A stretch of 64,000 bases of DNA, from the NCBI GenBank assembly GCA_047630395.1, contig JBLHXM010000004.1, forward strand, positions 867-64,866, written 5' to 3'. The position numbers and the translations under genes were made by a program. Positions 36,547 to 45,353 of the stretch are shown here, piece by piece. Below the pieces are notes generated by a model. It was not told the origin of the DNA. It worked only from the letters and a program-made list of their open reading frames with translations, and did no database searches. This stretch comes from Dokdonia sp. (GTDB taxonomy: Bacteria; Bacteroidota; Bacteroidia; Flavobacteriales; Flavobacteriaceae). Within the stretch, counting starts at the first letter, position 1, and the number at the start of each line of letters is the position of its first letter.

Positions 36547-37431
36547 ATGTCACATAGAGCAGGTTTTGTAAATATTATTGGGAATCCAAACGTAGGAAAA
36601 TCAACCTTGATGAATGCCTTTGTTGGAGAGCGATTGAGTATCATTACATCCAAAGCGCAAACTACAAGACACCGAATTCTCGGTATTGTCAATGGAGATG
36701 ATTTTCAGGTATTGTTAAGTGATACTCCCGGAATAATCAAGCCAGCCTATCGACTTCAAGCTTCTATGATGGACTTTGTGAAAAGTGCCTTTGAAGATGC
36801 TGATATTCTTTTATACCTTGTTGAACTTGGAGAAAGAGAACTAAAGGACGAAGCTTTTTTTGAAAAAATCCGAACAGCTAAAATTCCAGTGTTGTTACTG
36901 ATAAATAAAATTGATACGGGTAATCAAGAACTTTTAGAGGATTCCATTGGTCTGTGGAGTGAAAAAGTTCCAAATGCTGAGATATTTGCCATTTCGGCCC
37001 TTGAGAATTTCGGCGTGATTGAAGTATTTAATCGCATCGTAGAATTACTCCCGGAATCTCCGGCATTTTATCCAAAGGATCAACTTACAGACAAGCCAGA
37101 GCGCTTTTTTGTGAATGAAATTATTCGTGAAAAGATTCTAATTCATTACAAAAAGGAAATTCCGTATTCTGTAGAAATTGATACAGAGGAATTCTTTGAA
37201 GAAGAAGAAATCATTCGTATGCGTGCAGTGATTATGGTTGAACGCGATAGCCAGAAAGGAATTATTATTGGACATAAAGGAGCTGCTCTGAAAAGAGTAG
37301 GTGTGGAGGCTCGTAAGGACTTAGAGAAGTTCTTTGGCAAGCAAGTTCACCTAGAACTATATGTCAAAGTAAATAAGAACTGGAGAAGCGATCAACGACA
37401 ACTACGTCGTTTTGGATACAATCAGAAATAA
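36547..37431 (+). CDS. era: GTPase Era
   Basis: G1 'GNPNVGKST', G3 'DTPG', G4 'NKID' and a C-terminal KH domain. Confidence 0.9.
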   Translation: MSHRAGFVNIIGNPNVGKSTLMNAFVGERLSIITSKAQTTRHRILGIVNGDDFQVLLSDTPGIIKPAYRLQASMMDFVKSAFEDADILLYLVELGERELKDEAFFEKIRTAKIPVLLLINKIDTGNQELLEDSIGLWSEKVPNAEIFAISALENFGVIEVFNRIVELLPESPAFYPKDQLTDKPERFFVNEIIREKILIHYKKEIPYSVEIDTEEFFEEEEIIRMRAVIMVERDSQKGIIIGHKGAALKRVGVEARKDLEKFFGKQVHLELYVKVNKNWRSDQRQLRRFGYNQK

Positions 37432-37449
37432 CGGAAGCAGTATTTCCTT

Positions 37450-37977
37450 ATGAGTAGAAAGTTAAAAAACAATGAACTCCACCGAAAGAATATTGAGGAA
37501 TTTAAAGGGTCTGCTAAGACACCTTTAATTATTGTCTTGGATAATATTCGGAGTTTGAATAATATCGGTTCTGTCTTTAGAACCGCCGATGCTTTTCTTA
37601 TTGAAAAAATATATCTCTGTGGGATTACGGCACAACCACCACATAAGGATATTCAAAAGACCGCTTTAGGGGCTACTGATTCCGTGGCATGGGAACATGT
37701 GGAAAGTACAGATGAGCTTGTCGCCAACTTACAAAAAGACGGTGTCCATGTTTGTTCCATCGAACAAGCAGAGAACGCCGTGATGTTAGATGCATTTCAT
37801 CCAGCAAAGGAGGGTAGGTATGCTATTGTATTTGGTAATGAAGTAAAAGGCGTGCAGCAATCAGTCGTTTCAGCGAGTGATGCTGTGATAGAGATTCCAC
37901 AATATGGAACGAAGCATTCACTCAATATATCGGTGAGTTGTGGCGTTGTAGTATGGGACTTCTTTACTAAGCTATAG
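37450..37977 (+). CDS. SpoU/TrmH-family RNA 2'-O-methyltransferase
   Basis: 'NIGSVFRTADAF', 'FGNEVKGV' and 'IPQYGTKHSLNISVS' SPOUT motifs. Confidence 0.8.
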   Translation: MSRKLKNNELHRKNIEEFKGSAKTPLIIVLDNIRSLNNIGSVFRTADAFLIEKIYLCGITAQPPHKDIQKTALGATDSVAWEHVESTDELVANLQKDGVHVCSIEQAENAVMLDAFHPAKEGRYAIVFGNEVKGVQQSVVSASDAVIEIPQYGTKHSLNISVSCGVVVWDFFTKL

Positions 37978-37982
37978 TTTAT

Positions 37983-38774
37983 ATGCGATTGTTTCGTATC
38001 CTTTTTCAGTGTGGACTTATTATTTTTTTTACACTGCTGACCCAAATAGGAGGGGTCTTGTATGCGATCTCATTTGCTGGCTTTCGCCAAAGTAAAATCA
38101 AACGCTGGCTATGCTTTATAGGCCTATATGTATTGTGTACCTTTTTTGTATTGCCGTATTTGGCACCGTTATTTGGCCGCGAAAAAATTGCCACGAATGA
38201 TCAGATCAAAGTACACTCATTTTTTACGCTCCTTTGCAATCGTAATTACGTCGTTCCAGAAATGAACGCAGTGCTTTCAAATACACTGAATACAATCGCC
38301 AAAAAACATCCTTCTTTGGAAATTCACTGCTTGGATGCTAATTTCCCTTTTTGGAATGGCTTTCCCCTTTTACCGCATTTGAGCCATGTCGATGGTAAGA
38401 AATTAGATATTTCTTTAGTATATATGGATGCGGAAGGGATACCTACCAATAACAAACCGACACGATCAGGTTATGGTGCATTTGTAGAGCCCAAGCCCAA
38501 TGAGTATAATCAAATAGAAGTCTGCAAAGCCAAAGGGTATTGGCAATATGACTTTCCTAAGTATTTGACATTTGGAACGATCCATCAGGATTTGATATTT
38601 GGAAAAGAAGGTACTCGTGAGCTATTAACGGCAATACTTCAGCAGTCTGCTGTGTCTAAGGTATTTATTGAGCCTCATTTGCGAACGAGATTAAACGTAC
38701 AGCATGCCAAGTTGCGTTACCATGGTTGCAGAGCAGTGCGTCACGATGATCATATTCATCTACAAGTAAAATAG
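37983..38774 (+). CDS. LAS-superfamily zinc peptidase-like membrane protein (MepA/VanY-like metal site)
   Basis: Hx6D ('HVDGKKLD') and a C-terminal 'HDDHIH' HxH metal-ligand pattern. N-terminal TM helices. Confidence 0.45.
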   Translation: MRLFRILFQCGLIIFFTLLTQIGGVLYAISFAGFRQSKIKRWLCFIGLYVLCTFFVLPYLAPLFGREKIATNDQIKVHSFFTLLCNRNYVVPEMNAVLSNTLNTIAKKHPSLEIHCLDANFPFWNGFPLLPHLSHVDGKKLDISLVYMDAEGIPTNNKPTRSGYGAFVEPKPNEYNQIEVCKAKGYWQYDFPKYLTFGTIHQDLIFGKEGTRELLTAILQQSAVSKVFIEPHLRTRLNVQHAKLRYHGCRAVRHDDHIHLQVK

Positions 38775-38779
38775 CTAGC

Positions 38780-39454
38780 TTAAACGGTAGCCGCCTCCCT
38801 TAGATATCTTCTAAAAGGTAACATTTCAAGATACACTTCTTCTATATAGGCTGTAAAGTTCGATAATGATCCCTCTTTGCGCAGATCAGCATGACCCTTC
38901 GGAAGTAAGCGGCACTCAACACCAAATGTTTTTAAGCGAAGTAAATCAATATGCATATGCTCCTGCGAGAATCCTTTTGGTGCCGTTTTTAATGAGGCAT
39001 CTTCACATAATGACCCAAACATCTTTTTGAAAGAAGGCTTTTCTAGGATAGCGACGAGTTCCTCTCCATTATAATCAATAGCATTTCGAATACTCGCTAA
39101 AACTTTGGGTTCTGGGCGCCAATATCCTCCAGCTAGCAAACAATTTTTTAGGCCAATTTCTACATAAAAATCACCTTGTTTTGTGCGTTGATCTAGACCG
39201 GCAGCAAAGTGATCTTTATACACCGGTTTATGGGGTGCAAACATCAGATTATTATTAATGCGATTGATGCCTTTTTTTCCAGGCGTATCAAAGTATTCTG
39301 GGTCCATTTGTGCCAGACGTGCATTAAGGCTATCTAGCCAAGAGATAAAGAAAGAACGGGCAGCCTGATACTCTTTGCGATGTGCATCCATCCATTCTTT
39401 ACTATTGTTTTGCTGTAAACGCTGTAGAAAATGAAAGAGTTCAGAAAAACCCAT
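38780..39454 (-). CDS. DUF2461 (TIGR02453-like) protein
   Basis: 224 aa. 'NNSKEWMDAHRKEYQ', 'GGYWRPEP' and 'LKTAPKGF' resemble the DUF2461 family. The start overlaps the upstream stop (TAATG). Confidence 0.65.
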   Translation of the reverse strand: MGFSELFHFLQRLQQNNSKEWMDAHRKEYQAARSFFISWLDSLNARLAQMDPEYFDTPGKKGINRINNNLMFAPHKPVYKDHFAAGLDQRTKQGDFYVEIGLKNCLLAGGYWRPEPKVLASIRNAIDYNGEELVAILEKPSFKKMFGSLCEDASLKTAPKGFSQEHMHIDLLRLKTFGVECRLLPKGHADLRKEGSLSNFTAYIEEVYLEMLPFRRYLREAATV

Positions 39455-40224
39455 TATGTATTTAAATTGTTGATTTGACTTTTTAATTCCAGCATAGATT
39501 GCTGTAATTCTTTTAGCAAATTGTTTTCAGAATTAGCCTCTAGATTGAAAGTAAGCTTACTATTCACCTGCCATATTTCTTGGATGTCACTAATGTCGAC
39601 TTCATATGGAATATACTCTTGGTTGAGAGAAATCAATAACACCCTTGAAGCGTTGGGGAGTTTTTGGAGTTTCTTAACAACTACAGCATCTTGCATGACT
39701 ACAACATACACTTTATTATCATTTGCATAGTCCAAGCTCTCTACGCCCTTTGCAAGCACCCAGTCATCAGGTCTGAAGTTGGGAAGCATACTATCACCTT
39801 CCACTTGAAAACCTCTATAAGTTGCATTGCGATATTGTGGTAAAGGCAGGTCAAAGGCTGGTAGTTTCTGATACCACTCTACATCTTGAATATTATTGGG
39901 ATAGCCGGCTGCCGCTTTTTGATTTACTAAAATCATATTCTCGTTGTCCTCCTTGTCGACAATAACGACCTTAGGACTAACATCCCCTTTAGCTGTATTT
40001 AGCTGTTTTTGATTGCTGAAACCATAAACCCACAATGGATTTACTTGAAATAATCGTAGCAATTCTGTTACCACGCGCCCAGAGAGCTTGGTGCGCCCAC
40101 GTTCGATATCAGCAGTCGAATTTTTGATTCCCAGCTGTTCCGCAAATTCAGACTGTGTAAAGTTATGATCTTCTCTTATTTCCTTAAATCTACGTATTTC
40201 TGAAGGTAAGTCGTTTATTCCCAT
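39454..40224 (-). CDS. LexA/CI-like repressor (XRE HTH + S24 peptidase domain)
   Basis: HTH 'HNFTQSEFAEQLGIKNSTADIERG', with S24 catalytic 'GDSMLPNF' (Ser) and 'VVKKL' (Lys). Confidence 0.8.
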   Translation of the reverse strand: MGINDLPSEIRRFKEIREDHNFTQSEFAEQLGIKNSTADIERGRTKLSGRVVTELLRLFQVNPLWVYGFSNQKQLNTAKGDVSPKVVIVDKEDNENMILVNQKAAAGYPNNIQDVEWYQKLPAFDLPLPQYRNATYRGFQVEGDSMLPNFRPDDWVLAKGVESLDYANDNKVYVVVMQDAVVVKKLQKLPNASRVLLISLNQEYIPYEVDISDIQEIWQVNSKLTFNLEANSENNLLKELQQSMLELKSQINNLNT

Positions 40225-40241
40225 ATGGTAAATCTATGAAA

Positions 40242-40260
40242 AATAGGAATAATTCCTATT
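40242..40260. promoter_or_regulatory. candidate operator of the LexA-like repressor
   Basis: Perfect 9-1-9 palindrome AATAGGAAT-A-ATTCCTATT, 18-36 nt upstream of the repressor ATG. A related site, GATATT-CCT-AATATC, lies at 40281-40295. Confidence 0.4.
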
Positions 40261-40482
40261 AGATTTTGTAAATGTTATTAGATATTCCTAATATCGTCAA
40301 GTCTAAGAGTTGATTTAGAACGTATATGAAGTAATTCTGATCAAAAAAAAATGATTTAATGCCTGTAGAAGGGTTTTCTGGGCATTTTGCCGATATTTTT
40401 TTAATTTTCATCTAACTAAAGTTGGTTGAAAGTTAATAAATGTTAATTTTGGTACGAACTAATCACTAATCTAATCTTTATT

Positions 40483-40857
40483 ATGAAACGAATTATTTTA
40501 AATGTTGTGGCTTTGGCCCTAATCGTAAGTGCTACTTCTTGTCGTGAAGTAGAAGAGAAAGCAAATGATGCTGGAAATGCTGTAGAAAATGCTGCAAATG
40601 CTGCTGGTGATGCTGTGAACGATGCTGCAAATGCTGCTGGTGATGCTGTGAACGATGCTGCAAATGCTGCTGGTGATGCTGTTGAAGATGCTGCAAATGC
40701 CGCTGGTGATGCTGTTGAAGATGCTGCAGACGGATTGAAAGATGCCGCTGGTGACGCTGCTGATAAAGCTGGAGATGCTGCAAATGCTGCTGCTGATGCT
40801 GCTGCTGCTAAAGTGAAAGCTGGAGCTGATAAATTAAAAGCTGCTACAGATCACTAA
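40483..40857 (+). CDS. Ala/Asp-rich repeat lipoprotein
   Basis: Lipobox 'VSATSC'. The mature part is almost entirely 11-aa 'DAANAAGDAVN/E' repeats. Confidence 0.6.
   Translation: MKRIILNVVALALIVSATSCREVEEKANDAGNAVENAANAAGDAVNDAANAAGDAVNDAANAAGDAVEDAANAAGDAVEDAADGLKDAAGDAADKAGDAANAAADAAAAKVKAGADKLKAATDH
40588..40719 (+). repeat. tandem repeat, 4 x 33 bp (in-frame, inside the lipoprotein gene)
   Basis: Units at 40588, 40621, 40654 and 40687 are near-identical (GATGCTGCAAATGCTGCTGGTGATGCTGTGAAC). Degenerate units flank them. Confidence 0.9.
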
Positions 40858-40874
40858 TCAGATCTGACTACTTA

Positions 40875-40909
40875 TAAAAAAATCCCGATAGTTGCTATCG
40901 GGATTTTTT
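40875..40909. terminator. bidirectional terminator between convergent genes
   Basis: AAAAAAA-TCCCGATAG (40883-40891), loop TTG, CTATCGGGA (40895-40903)-TTTTTT. Confidence 0.8.
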
Positions 40910-40924
40910 ATGCTCTTAAATGTC

Positions 40925-41812
40925 TTATTCATTAATAACTGCACTCGAGGCTTGTGCGTCACGGTTGATTTTACGCACCAATCCTTGAAGTACTTTTCCT
41001 GGGCCAACTTCAATAAATTGAGTAGCACCATCGGCGATCATGTGTTCAACACTCTGGGTCCATTTTACAGGAGCCGTTAATTGAGCGATGAGATTTTTTT
41101 GAATTTCTTTTGGATCTATAACCGCTGTGGTACTTACATTTTGGTAAATAGGACAGCTTGGCTTAGAAAATTTGGTGTTTGCTATAGCTGCTGCCAATTC
41201 TTCACGTGCAGGCTCCATAAGTGGAGAGTGGAAAGCACCTCCTACTGGTAATACAAGCGCACGTCTGGCACCTTGCTCTTTCATAGCTTCACAAGCGGCA
41301 TGAATAGCTTTCATTTCTCCCGATATAACGAGTTGTCCTGGACAGTTGTAATTGGCCGCTACAACAATTCCAGGGGTGGCAGCACAAATTTCTTCAACTT
41401 TTTCGTCTGCAAGTCCTAACACGGCAGCCATTGTAGACTGTTGTGCTTCACAAGCTTTTTGCATCGCCTTGGCGCGCTTAGATACTAGTTTAAGGCCGTC
41501 TTCAAAATTCAAGGCGCCATTGGCAACCAAAGCAGAAAACTCTCCTAGTGAGTGTCCAGCTACCATTTCAGGCTTGAATGCTGTACCTAAAACCTTACTT
41601 AAAATAACAGAATGTAAGAAGATCGCTGGTTGCGTCACTTTTGTCTGCTTTAAATCTTCAGCTTCGCCTTCAAACATAATATCAGTGATATTAAACTCGA
41701 GGATATCATTGGCCTTTAAGAAAAGCTCTTGGGCTGCTGGGTAGGTCTCAAAAAGATCCAATCCCATACCCGAAAACTGAGCACCTTGACCTGGAAAAAT
41801 ATATGCATTCAT
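40925..41812 (-). CDS. fabD: malonyl-CoA:ACP transacylase
   Basis: 'GHSLGEFSA' active-site motif, 295 aa. Confidence 0.9.
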   Translation of the reverse strand: MNAYIFPGQGAQFSGMGLDLFETYPAAQELFLKANDILEFNITDIMFEGEAEDLKQTKVTQPAIFLHSVILSKVLGTAFKPEMVAGHSLGEFSALVANGALNFEDGLKLVSKRAKAMQKACEAQQSTMAAVLGLADEKVEEICAATPGIVVAANYNCPGQLVISGEMKAIHAACEAMKEQGARRALVLPVGGAFHSPLMEPAREELAAAIANTKFSKPSCPIYQNVSTTAVIDPKEIQKNLIAQLTAPVKWTQSVEHMIADGATQFIEVGPGKVLQGLVRKINRDAQASSAVINE

Positions 41813-41886
41813 AATTGTCAGTTGTTAAGATTGAAACAAAAATACAAATACTATTTCTCAATGATTTAATGAAAGAATGATTCTTT

Positions 41887-42372
41887 CTAGCTCTTTTTGA
41901 TCCATGTTTCGTAGGTAAAGCCTACTGCATGTCGATGGTCCTTTTCGTGGAATTCGGATGTTTGAATTTTCCAATGAGAAGGGTCAATACTTGGAAAAAA
42001 TGCATCAGCCTCAAAGGTCCCGTGGACGCGTGTAAGTTCGATATGCGTGGCAAAGTCGAGCCCAATCTTATAAATCTCTCCGCCGCCAATAATAAAGGTG
42101 TTTGGGTCTTCTTTCGCGAAAGCGAGCGCATCTTCCATATCATGAACGACTACTGCTCCCTCAGCGATATACGCAGTGTTTCGGGTAATTACAATATGTG
42201 TGCGGTTGGGCAAAGGACTAGGGAAAGATTCCCAAGTTTTTCGTCCCATAATAATGTGATGCCCAGTAGTGAGCTTCTTAAATCGTTTGAAGTCGTCTGG
42301 AAGGCGCCATACAAGTTGGTTGTCTTTGCCTAAGGCATTATTTTCTGCCGCAGCGGCGATCATTGTAATCAT
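41887..42372 (-). CDS. folA: dihydrofolate reductase
   Basis: 'IAAAAENNALGKDNQLVWRLPDDFKRFKKLTTGHHIIMGRKTWES', 161 aa. Confidence 0.9.
   Translation of the reverse strand: MITMIAAAAENNALGKDNQLVWRLPDDFKRFKKLTTGHHIIMGRKTWESFPSPLPNRTHIVITRNTAYIAEGAVVVHDMEDALAFAKEDPNTFIIGGGEIYKIGLDFATHIELTRVHGTFEADAFFPSIDPSHWKIQTSEFHEKDHRHAVGFTYETWIKKS
42110..42123. repeat. palindrome, one mismatch (TCTTTCGCGAAAGC)
   Basis: Inside folA (minus strand), read as A-F-A-K-E. Confidence 0.9.
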
Positions 42373-42815
42373 AGGGGAGTATTCTGGTCTGTAATGGGAG
42401 GTATTTGTTTCGTCAGATCTGGACTTTTTTTTTCCAGTGTTGGAGATGTTTCCAATATTTTATCTTCCAGTTTGCTAATTCTATTTTTCTGCTTCTGTAC
42501 GAGTTTGTCTATTTGGGCTTGTTCCCAAACGTTACCCATAAATCGGTTAAGGATAAACACATTGATAAAATGTACTAAGAAAAAGAAAACCCATAGGAGA
42601 ATCGCCCAAACGGACCAATCCTGATTGAATAAGGTAAAATCTTTTCCAATGCCAAGGACGAGGTTTATAATGATGAGTAAGATGGCTCCCGCAACAAATA
42701 AGACTAAGTGATGATACAATCTTTTCTTTTGACGCACACGAGCTTGGGCGTTTTCAAAGAGCTCTCTTAGTTCTGGATCAATTGTAGGTTCTGTTTTCTT
42801 TGAGAATAGCGACAT
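42369..42815 (-). CDS. 2TM-domain membrane protein
   Basis: Two TM helices, then a coiled 'QKQKNRISKLEDKILE' tail. ATG at 42815 is preferred because the longer ORF would overlap the divergent gene. The stop overlaps the folA start (ATGA). Confidence 0.5.
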   Translation of the reverse strand: MSLFSKKTEPTIDPELRELFENAQARVRQKKRLYHHLVLFVAGAILLIIINLVLGIGKDFTLFNQDWSVWAILLWVFFFLVHFINVFILNRFMGNVWEQAQIDKLVQKQKNRISKLEDKILETSPTLEKKSPDLTKQIPPITDQNTPL

Positions 42816-42875
42816 AAATACGATCTTTATAACGGTCATATAAAAGTACCATTTTCTAATCAAAATCTGCCGTCC

Positions 42876-43955
42876 ATGAAGAATTTTAGTAAGATATTCC
42901 CCGTTTTGAAACAGTACACTTATCTCAATACAGCGGCTTCTGGACTTTTGTCTACGCCCGTTTTGGAATGGCGTCAAGAACACGACTTGGACTTTTTAGT
43001 GATGGGAAGTAAATTAAAGGATCATCAAGCAAAATTGCTGAGCGGTGTTCGGGAAAAAGTGGGGGAACTATTCTCCTGTGCTCCCAATCGCGTGGCTTTG
43101 GTACCTAATTTTTCCTACGGTATGAATACGCTATTGGAAGGGATTTCAACGACCCAAAAAGTATTGCTTTTGAAGGAGGATTATCCTTCTGTAAATTGGC
43201 CGTTTACAGCTAGAGATTTTGCCGTGAGCTATACTCATATTGATGGAAACCTCGAGGAGAATGTAAAGACCGCTTTCGCGAAAGCGCAACCCGACATCTT
43301 TGCATTTTCATTAGTCCAATGGCTCAACGGAATAAAAATAAGCCATGACTTCTTGCGCCAACTCAAAGCAGATTACCCCGAGACCCTGCTCATTGCCGAT
43401 GGGACACAGTATCTAGGAACCGAAGCTTTTGATTTTGATAATTCACCGTTGGATGTGGTAGGCGGAAGTACCTATAAATGGATGAACGCCGGTTATGGCA
43501 ATGCACTCTTTTTATTTAAGGAAGGCGTCGCTCAGAAAGTAGCGCCAAAAACAACAGGTTTTAATTCGGTGCAAGGAAAATACAAGCCGCAAGAGGGTAG
43601 CTTTTTAGGGCATTTTGAGCCAGGACATCAGGATACATTGAATTTTGGAAGTTTGGGAGCTGCTATTGATTTGATCCGTCAAATAGGAATGTCAACCATT
43701 CAAGAACGTATTGCAGCCATCGCTCAAAAAGCTAAAACCGCCTTTATTGAACGTGGATTGTTGGAAGATTCAGTCGTGCAACGCTCTGAGCATAGTTCTA
43801 TTTTTAATCTAAAGGGAGGTCAGAGCCTTGTTCAGCGTTTAGAGGATAAGGATATTTTATGTGTGGCTCGAGGTCCAGGAGTTCGTGTGAGTTTTCACTA
43901 TTTCAATACCGAAAAGGACTTGGAACAGTTGCTCGCTGTTTTGGATGCAAAATAA
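42876..43955 (+). CDS. class-V aminotransferase (cysteine desulfurase / selenocysteine lyase-like)
   Basis: 359 aa with PLP-lysine context 'GGSTYKWMNAG' and 'LIADGTQYLG'. Confidence 0.7.
   Translation: MKNFSKIFPVLKQYTYLNTAASGLLSTPVLEWRQEHDLDFLVMGSKLKDHQAKLLSGVREKVGELFSCAPNRVALVPNFSYGMNTLLEGISTTQKVLLLKEDYPSVNWPFTARDFAVSYTHIDGNLEENVKTAFAKAQPDIFAFSLVQWLNGIKISHDFLRQLKADYPETLLIADGTQYLGTEAFDFDNSPLDVVGGSTYKWMNAGYGNALFLFKEGVAQKVAPKTTGFNSVQGKYKPQEGSFLGHFEPGHQDTLNFGSLGAAIDLIRQIGMSTIQERIAAIAQKAKTAFIERGLLEDSVVQRSEHSSIFNLKGGQSLVQRLEDKDILCVARGPGVRVSFHYFNTEKDLEQLLAVLDAK
43271..43286. repeat. palindrome, exact, 16 bp
   Basis: Inside the class-V aminotransferase gene, read as A-F-A-K-A. Confidence 0.95.
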
Positions 43956-44133
43956 CATTTTTTCTGAGCAATTATCGACAAAAATAGTTTTCTAAACAGC
44001 TAAGACGCCATGATTTTCATAATGGAAAACGTTTGCGTGTTACCATATTGTAAATGAGCGGAGGCTAATTTTATCAAATTGTAAAAAATGAGGTTAACAT
44101 GTTGACTTTAGGGTATTTAATATAAACTACTAG

Positions 44134-44141
44134 TATCTTTG
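44134..44141 (+). promoter_or_regulatory. Bacteroidota-type -7 box
   Basis: TATCTTTG, 25 nt upstream of the ATG at 44166. Confidence 0.35.
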
Positions 44142-44165
44142 ATATAAAAATTAAATCCTTTTATT

Positions 44166-44459
44166 ATGCCTGTAACAAAGAAATATCTAAAGTCAAAACC
44201 TGTTTGTAAGGTAACTTTTGCTGTGCCAGCAGAAAATGCTCAAACGGTTGCTGTTTCGGGAGATTTCAACAATTGGAATACCACAACAGCCTTAAAAAAA
44301 TTAAAAAACGGAACCTTTAAAGGAACCTTGGATCTCTCTACCGATACTTCATACGAATTCCGCTATATCGTAGATGGGGAGTGGGTAAATGAAACAGAAG
44401 CAGACCGTTTCCAATGGAACGACTTTGCAGCTGCAGAGAACAGCGTGCTTGAATTATAA
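44166..44459 (+). CDS. stand-alone CBM48 / early-set (glycogen-binding-like) domain protein
   Basis: 97 aa. 'VAVSGDFNNWN...GTFKGTLDL...YEFRYIVDGEWVNE' resembles the AMPK-beta / isoamylase N-terminal domain. Confidence 0.5.
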   Translation: MPVTKKYLKSKPVCKVTFAVPAENAQTVAVSGDFNNWNTTTALKKLKNGTFKGTLDLSTDTSYEFRYIVDGEWVNETEADRFQWNDFAAAENSVLEL

Positions 44460-44489
44460 GAAGAAGGCAGGGATATTTTACCTGTTTGG

Positions 44490-44521
44490 AAGCTGTTTGT
44501 GTATGACAAACAGCTTTTTTT
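44490..44521 (+). terminator. rho-independent terminator
   Basis: Stem AGCTGTTTGT (44491-44500) / ACAAACAGCT (44506-44515), followed by TTTTTTT. Confidence 0.8.
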
Positions 44522-44600
44522 ATGCTTCAATCTTATGAGGGTGGTCTAAAGTGCACTTTGAATATCGCTGACTCATTACGAAGTCTTATCTTTGCTTTCT

Positions 44601-45233
44601 ATGACGAAAGAAGCAATAAAATCACGCGTCGACTTGGGCGAACTATTACCCTTAATGGAGGAGTTTTATACCATTCAAGGTGAGGGAGCTCACACTGGGA
44701 AAAGTGCTTACTTTATACGTATCGGTGGTTGCGATGTCGGTTGCCATTGGTGTGATGTGAAAGAAAGTTGGGATGCAGCAATCCATCCACCTACTGAAGC
44801 AGATGCCATTGTTGCAAATGCCGTAAAATATAGTGATACCATTGTTATTACAGGTGGTGAGCCTCTAATGTGGGATATGGAGCCGCTTACGCGAAAACTG
44901 AAAGCTAAGAATCTTCAGGTGCACATTGAGACCTCAGGAGCATATCCACTATCAGGTACTTGGGATTGGATTTGCTTATCTCCTAAAAAACGAATGCCTC
45001 CAAAAGCCGAAGTGCTCGAAAAGGCAAACGAATTGAAAGTCATCATATTTAATAAAAATGATTTTGATTTTGCCGAAGAACATGCAGCAAAAGTGGGTCC
45101 AAACTGCACTCTTTTTCTGCAGCCAGAATGGAGTGTGCGTGAAAAAATGATTCCCTTAATAGTAGATTACGTCATGGCACATCCCAAATGGAAAGTGTCG
45201 CTGCAAACGCATAAGTATTTAAATATACCGTAG
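44601..45233 (+). CDS. queE: 7-carboxy-7-deazaguanine synthase (radical SAM)
   Basis: 'EEFYTIQGEG' and 'GGCDVGCHWCD' cluster motifs, about 210 aa. Confidence 0.75.
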   Translation: MTKEAIKSRVDLGELLPLMEEFYTIQGEGAHTGKSAYFIRIGGCDVGCHWCDVKESWDAAIHPPTEADAIVANAVKYSDTIVITGGEPLMWDMEPLTRKLKAKNLQVHIETSGAYPLSGTWDWICLSPKKRMPPKAEVLEKANELKVIIFNKNDFDFAEEHAAKVGPNCTLFLQPEWSVREKMIPLIVDYVMAHPKWKVSLQTHKYLNIP

Positions 45234-45353
45234 CATAGGAAGAGTTGCCATTCTAAAGGATGGAAAGAGGTAGAAATTTACCTTGAAATTAGATCCGCAG
45301 GTGGAGAATACGACTTACGATTTTTATAAACAGTAGATTAAGAATACGATTTT

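Noticed and set aside
38780-40300. The XRE-S24 repressor as a marker of a prophage or mobile element.
   Set aside because: No integrase, excisionase, structural phage genes or att-like direct repeats are nearby. The flanking genes are housekeeping genes.
40588-40719. A possible CRISPR array.
   Set aside because: The repeats are directly abutting 33-bp units with no spacers, in frame within a CDS. No cas genes are present in the window.
40532-40783. His/Gln-rich 83-aa ORF (HQQHLQH repeats) on the minus strand.
   Set aside because: It is the antisense reading of the 33-bp tandem repeat. The plus-strand ORF has a lipoprotein signal peptide and is followed by a terminator.
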